Shown: positions 58,273-64,000 of the stretch, in pieces
Position numbering within the stretch: position 1 is the first letter of the stretch
Layout: each line of letters starts with the position of its first letter
DNA from: Podarcis vaucheri
Taxonomy: Eukaryota
Length of the DNA: 64,000 nucleotides
Assembly (NCBI GenBank): GCA_965113315.1
Contig: OZ220372.1
Strand: one strand, 5' to 3'
The notes under the pieces: model-generated
Database searches by the model: none
The model's input: only the letters and a program-made list of their open reading frames with translations
Told to the model about the DNA's origin: nothing
Made by a program: the position numbers and the translations under genes

Positions 58273-59613
58273 ACCACACCTGAAAGGACTTACAAAAATA
58301 CTTTTTTCTTTTAAGGCAGGCGTGAGGAACTTCAGGCATGGGAGCTAAATGTGAACTTCCAAGGTTCTCTATCTGGGCCCTGGGACTCTCTCCACCCCAC
58401 ACCCCTAGGCCAACCAACCCAGCTTCAACCCCCCCCCCCTTGGGTGTTTTTGGATGGGTGGAATTTGACCCTGGACTCTGATAATAGCTCTCCCTTGTCT
58501 AGATGAAGAATAGAGAGGGGTAGGTGTCTGAGTGTAGAAACTAGACTACTGTACAAAGTTAAAAGCCACTTTTGCCTCTGGCCCTGCTCATTACTGGAAT
58601 GTGGCCCCTGGAAGGCTGCCCAGAAGGTGAGATATAAATGCGATAAATAAACAAAATAAAAATAAAATAGCACTAGGTGCAGGACACTGTTTCAGCCGGC
58701 AGAGAAGAAGATAGCTATACATGCGTGTGACATTTTGGAATACAATTCCAGCCCACAATGGTGCGGTTCCTATTTAAAGCAGACTTCTGTAAACTGCGGG
58801 TATCGGTGGATTGGGAGTCAAGTCTTGTGCATCCACTCCTCCCGCCTCTGCTCTCTGGAGTCATCTGCACCCCCTTCCTGACATTAACCATAGTTTTAGG
58901 GAACTATGGTTTGTAAACCAATTTCAAGCCACGGCTTTAATCCTATCCATGTTTAGCCCTATTCAGACCTGGAACCTCTTCATAGAGGAGCAGAGCACCC
59001 TAGCAGATTTCACTGCCAGGAAACCTGCCAGATTCAGAACTCCTGGCCCCAGGACCGAAGCTCATAACACCAGTAGCCTAGATTCCTGAATAATTCTTGG
59101 ATTCCATCCCTCCACCAATCATCACCCCTGGAGCTCCAATAATAGAGGAGGCAGAAACAAGGCAAGAACATGCTTGGCCAACAGCATGTTTGGCTATTCA
59201 GGAGGCAGGTGCCTGAAAACAGGGCCTGGCAGAGAAAGCTAGGCAGGAATGGAGTCTCCCGCTGCTATATAAGCTCTCATTCTTAGCTCCCTCAGAGCTC
59301 CAAACTCACCTTCCTAAACTGGGGAAAGAGACAAGATTCCCAATTATTTTATACATTGGTGTCCTCATAATGCAGTACTTCAATTAGCACAGGGAAGGAA
59401 GGGGAAATTGCTCTGGAGAGGGGAAGGAAGGAGCAAGTTTGACAAGACCAGCCCTTGGTCTGGAAACTATGCTTTTCAGGGAGCCAGACTTACATCTTCA
59501 CTAAGCCACAGTGTGTCCATCACTCTCAAGGTAGCTTTCCTAAAAACGGGGGTATGGGGGAACTAGAATGGAAGAGAGATTTCCCCCTGCTCCCAAACAT
59601 ACATTCCACTCAC

Positions 59614-59722
59614 TCTTATTTTCTTTCATGAAAGTCCACATCTCTCTCTCTTCAGGGCTGTGGGCAAAAGAGCAGTTTCCAACATACTGACACTTTCTGC
59701 CATTTTGGGCATGAATGCATAG
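59614..59722 (-). CDS. ZC3H7B: ZC3H7B coding exon (CCCH finger)
   Basis: ag|LCIHAQNGRKCQYVGNCSFAHSPEEREMWTFMKENK+A|gtgagt; 109 nt, phases 0/1. Confidence 0.95.
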
Positions 59723-60412
59723 CTGCAAAGAGATAGAAAACACACAAACACCAACCTTAAAAAAGAAGGTAAAAACCCTCCACCCTCAAAAGAAAAAAGG
59801 ATGAAGTAGCCAAGAATGATGCCAAGTCAAACAAAAAGGGGACAAGCAAGCTTTGCGAATTAATTCTGCTTCAGGCTGTATCTGCAAATCTGTGACTAGG
59901 CACTGATAACATACCAACGTATCAGAAAGTTACTCTGGACCACATCCTCTCTCCGTTTCTGGAAATGGAGACAAATCAAGGCCAGATTTCTTGAATACCT
60001 CTCCAAGAACCTCCTAGTTTGCAGAGTTGAATAGAAAACACTAAAATATAAATATAGGAGAACTGAAGAAAAGCTTCTCCTCCAAAGACATACTGCTAAC
60101 GTTTTCCCTTTCCCTCATATCTCACTTTTCAGTTCTTGTTTCTACCACAAAGCCTCTTCATTTCTTGAAAAGACCACAACCTGAGCAGGCTACAGCACAA
60201 CTGCCCATTCCTCACCCACAGTGAAAATCATGCTATGCTCTAGGAGAATGATTTCCAAAGCAATTGTTTTTAACGTCTCTTCCTCATCCTTACTCACTCA
60301 TGGAAACAGAAGATGTTGGCTTTGTGCTCAAAGGAAATAGACAACAGACACTCGGATTAGAAACAGATTTAATGAACAATTCCAACAAAGTAAACAAAAA
60401 CTATTCCCTTAG

Positions 60413-60545
60413 CCAAGGGTGGGGAACTTGTGGTCTCCAGATGTTGTTGGACTACAAATCCCATCATCCCCTGACCACTGGCCAAGAGTTGGAGTCCATT
60501 GGCCGGGAGTTGGATTCCAATAACGTCTGGTGGGCCAGCGGTTCA
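60413..60545. mobile_element. Short palindromic hAT-like MITE family (other copies at about 42355-42465, 50200-50280, 50871-50995)
   Basis: CAAGGGTGGGGAAC..CTCCAGATGTTG.TGGACTACAA.TCCCATCATCCC ... GGGAGTTG..TCCAA.AAC.TCTGG self-complementary structure recurring in the window. Confidence 0.55.
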
Positions 60546-61686
60546 TCAACAGAAGTACAGCAGTAAAATTATTCACTTCCTTGTAGCAACCATTTTTGAA
60601 GCACAGTTATTTCCTTTTGCAACAGAATACAAGTCTTTTAAAAAAGGGATTGGATGATTTTTATAGAAAACTCTACTAAAGCAAGGAGGCATTTGACTCT
60701 AGGGGCACATGAAAAGCCTAGATATGAACATTGATGTGTGAATATACACACGTGCATGTATTGCTTGCTCATTATTTACCAAATATTGTTGGTCGTTTTG
60801 AGTCTTCCCTCCCCTTAGGAAAAAGGGATACAAAAAAGTTTTGCAACATGTTCACCCACAACTGGGTTTAACATTAAGAGCTCCTCTTGATAGTTTTCTT
60901 CTTTTTTGAATGAGCAGTGCTTTCCAAATCCTTGAATTGACTTGAAGTCACTTCATCTTCAAGCCCAGGAGCTAGTGCCACACCTTCTCTGGCAGTAAAC
61001 AAACTGAGGAATGTCACCAGCTTCTTTTCACACACACAGCACTCTGAATTAGAGGAGGGTAACCCAAGGTGAAATGCTATACCCGATTCCAGAGCCAACC
61101 AGTCTTTCCTGGAACAAGGATTTTAATTAAAACCACCAAATTTGCATGGGTGATTTCAACGGGTGTCAAAATATTCTTTCATTATTGCACCACTAATCTT
61201 GGCCTTCAACCAGCACCTGTTTTTTGTCTAACAATAACTTTCTCTTCCTCCTTCGGCTTCTGTATTCTGGCTCCCTTCTCACTCCATACAGAGCTCAAGG
61301 GGCTTCTTAGAGAAAAGGCGAGTAAGATACACGACAGATATAAAGAATGATGCACAGTGAGAAAGTGGACAGAGAAAAGTTTTCTCCCTCTCTCATAATA
61401 CTAAAACTCAAGAGGCATCCAAGTTTCTGGGCAGCCAAAAAAAGGGCATTTCTTCACACAGCACTTAGTTCGCCTGGCACCTTCATTATATATTTTTATG
61501 CACCAGCTGAAAACCTTCCTCTTTAACCAGGCCTTTGGCTGATTAATATTCTACAGCCTTTTAAATGTGTCTGTGGGAAGGGGGGGGTATTGTTTTGCTG
61601 TTTTGTCTAAATTGTTTTCTTGTTTTTATCCTTTACTTTATTCTGTGAACTGCCCTGAGCTGAGGAGGAGTAGTATGTGTAATAAT

Positions 61687-61730
61687 AAAAATAAAAATAA
61701 AAATAAAAATAAAAATAAAATAAAATAAAT
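61687..61730. repeat. (AAAAT/AAAAAT)n simple repeat
   Basis: Direct reading; probably a LINE tail. Confidence 0.85.
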
Positions 61731-62074
61731 ACAAACAACTAGGGAATTCACGCCTACAGAAAGCAGTGGTGGCCATAAGCTTGGCTGGCTTCAAAAGAGG
61801 ATTAGAGAAGTTCATGGAGGATAAGGCAATCAACAACTAATAAGCAGGATGGTGATGGTCTACCATTGCTGCCAGAAGCAGTTTGCCTATGTATACCAGT
61901 TCCTGGGAAACACAAGTGGGGAAAATGCTACTATGCTCCAGTTCTGCTTGTGGCTTCCAATAGGCAACTGACTGGCCACTGTAAGAACAGTGCTGGACTA
62001 GTTGTGCCTGATCCTGCAGGTTCCGATGATGTTCTTATGTTAAGCGCCATCTGCAAAACAACAGGGATACTCAC

Positions 62075-62180
62075 ATCGTATTGCTGAGGGAAATTGCGGA
62101 TGGAAGGCAATGGTCGGACAGACACCCACTTCTTCTTTGCTTTGGACATCACAAGCAGCACACGGCGCTCCTTGGTCCAA
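62075..62180 (-). CDS. ZC3H7B: ZC3H7B coding exon (most 5' exon found; gene continues beyond the window)
   Basis: ag|T+WTKERRVLLVMSKAKKKWVSVRPLPSIRNFPQQYD|gtgagt; 106 nt, phases 2/0. Confidence 0.94.
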
Positions 62181-62263
62181 CTACGAGGGGAGGGGGAACC
62201 AAAAAAGATGCTCAGAAAATGTTCCATTATGAGCAGAGTCTGGCTTTCATGACAACTGGTGTA

Positions 62264-62505
62264 CAGTGGTACCTCGGGTTACATACACTTCAGGTTACAT
62301 ATGCTTCAGGTTACAGACTCTGCTAACCCAGAAATAGTACCTCGGGTTAAGAACTTTGTTTCAGGATGAGAACAGAAATCGTGCTCCGGCGGCACAGCGG
62401 CAGCAGGAGGCCCCATTAGCTAAAGTGGTGCTTCAGGTTAAGAACAGTTTCAGGTTAAGAACGGACCTCCGGAACGAATTAAGTACTTAACCTGAGGTGC
62501 CACTG
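62264..62505 (+). mobile_element. Tc1/mariner (pogo/Tigger-like) MITE
   Basis: TA|CAGTGGTACCTC ... GAGGTGCCACTG|TA; same family as 1692-1922. Confidence 0.8.
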
Positions 62506-63031
62506 TACAGACTGAGCTAATGAATCCAAAATTCCCTGTTAGAAAGAAGGAAAGCTCTGTGCCACAAACCACATGGGCAGGGTGGGGAGGACAACACACA
62601 ACAATTGATCACCAAAATAAACTGTGTGAAGCAATAGCAGATAAGAAAAGCCTTATGAGGCAGATCATCTGGTCCTGTATCACATAGATTGTATGATTTA
62701 TAGAATAAGGAAGAGTTTTCAGAACTGCGTGTCGGGGCACGCTAGTGTGCCATTAGAGAGAGAGAGAATTAGGCCTTGAAAACTTAAGCAGCTACTATGT
62801 CCAGGTCTGTGGCAGTGTGTGAAGGCACCTTCCTAAAGCAGAGTAGCAATGCCTGAATGGGAGGGAGACTATCTCTTAAGCGCCACAGAGGAAAGATGGG
62901 ATATAAATCTAATATCTAAATAATCATTGGTGGCATCTATCTCACTATATCCTTATTTGTTTACCCTTGCTACTCCTCAAGAGGCATCTCAAAATGATTT
63001 ACACTATAACAACAAATATAAAACTTGGCTA

Positions 63032-63256
63032 CAGTCATACCTTGGTTTTTGAACAGCTTAGTTCTCGAATATTTTGGCTCCCAAAAACTGCAAATCTGGA
63101 AGTGACTGTTCCAGTTTGCATACTGTTTTTGGAAACTGAACAACCGATGGAGCTTCCGACTGGTTGCAGGAGCTTCCTCCAGCCAATCAGAAGCCACGCT
63201 TTGGAAGTCGAACAGACTTCTGGAACGGATTCCATTCAACTTCCAAGGTACGACTG
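63032..63256. mobile_element. Tc1/mariner (Tigger-like) MITE
   Basis: TA|CAGTCATACCTTGG ... CCAAGGTACGACTG|TA. Confidence 0.75.
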
Positions 63257-63767
63257 TATATAAAAACAATTTAAAAAGCAATTGTGTATGTAAACAATTT
63301 TGAAAAACAACCACTATAAATATAAAACAACAACAAATACACACAATCCATTCAGGGCCAGGACAGGCACCAACTAGGATAAAGATTTTAGAAGGCTTAT
63401 TGAAGGTGTGTGCAGGCACGGTGCATACCTTCTGAGTGGGGAGGCAGCAGACAGCACCCGTTTCTGCCTTTTTGCCAGAATATGATCATTGACATAACCC
63501 TGAAGGACAGACTAATAATGCACAAGGATTCCCCAGATGCAACCTGTGCTAGAGCTGTCAGGCATGGGGGAATCCCTGACACATTGCCTACTTAGGGAAG
63601 CAACCGTGCTTCCTAGGCAAAGGAAAGGGTAAGACGTTGGGAAGCAGAATCAAAATGGGCTGGCTTCAAACTCCCTGCCTATCGCTTTACAAGTTAATCA
63701 AGCATTTATAGTAATCTTTTTTAGTGCAAAGCTGAAGTATACTGTAGTGATCAGGTGTGATTGCTGT

Positions 63768-63836
63768 TGTCTTTGTCCATGGAGTTTTCTTGGCAAGGAT
63801 ACTGGAGTGGCTTGCCGGTTCCTCCTCCAGGTGGGA
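63768..63836 (-). mobile_element. BovB/RTE LINE 3' fragment
   Basis: TGTCCATGGAGTTTTCTTGGCAAGGATACTGGAGTGGCTTGCC..TTCCTCCTCCAG matches the recalled BovB/Bov-A 3' consensus in reverse orientation. Confidence 0.7.
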
Positions 63837-64000
63837 TTGCTATGAGGAATTATAAATATAGAGTAAGCCATCTGTGTCAGCAATGAAAGCATTGCGTTTA
63901 CTGGGTTTAAACTATTTTGATATGATTCTTGATCAATCCACACCTCTGCATCCCTGTTCCATTTCTCTTTCTTGACAAGTCACGTCCTGCAGGCAGGCAT

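Overview
Vertebrate genomic DNA from a squamate reptile, most likely a lacertid lizard (Sauria/Squam1 SINEs, CR1/L2/BovB LINE fragments, many hAT and Tc1/mariner-type MITEs). Two host genes lie on the minus strand in the amniote ZC3H7B-TEF order: the last five coding exons of ZC3H7B (55550-62180) and the complete PAR-bZIP clock-output gene TEF, with shared exons 2-4 (25701-29411) and two alternative first exons (32343-32478 and 44170-44272). The standout feature is an intact, very young Ty3/Gypsy chromovirus-type (Tf1/sushi group) LTR retrotransposon at 7797-14362. It has 757-bp LTRs differing at 2 positions by eye, an AAAGC target-site duplication, a PEG10-like gag with a CCHC knuckle, a G_GGA_AAC -1 frameshift with a predicted pseudoknot, and PR-RT-RH-IN-chromodomain. 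Its unusual properties are: (i) no tRNA primer-binding site but a perfect 11-nt self-priming duplex with its own predicted RNA 5' end; (ii) a pol frame that continues about 360 codons past a cage-less chromodomain, through the PPT and all of U3, stopping only in R, so the LTR itself encodes about 209 aa of acidic/Ser-rich plus Arg-rich protein; (iii) a candidate splice donor at the U5/PBS junction and an acceptor just after the chromodomain, which could give a subgenomic RNA for that LTR-encoded product. All calls were made by eye; family names come from recalled consensus motifs, and no database search was run.
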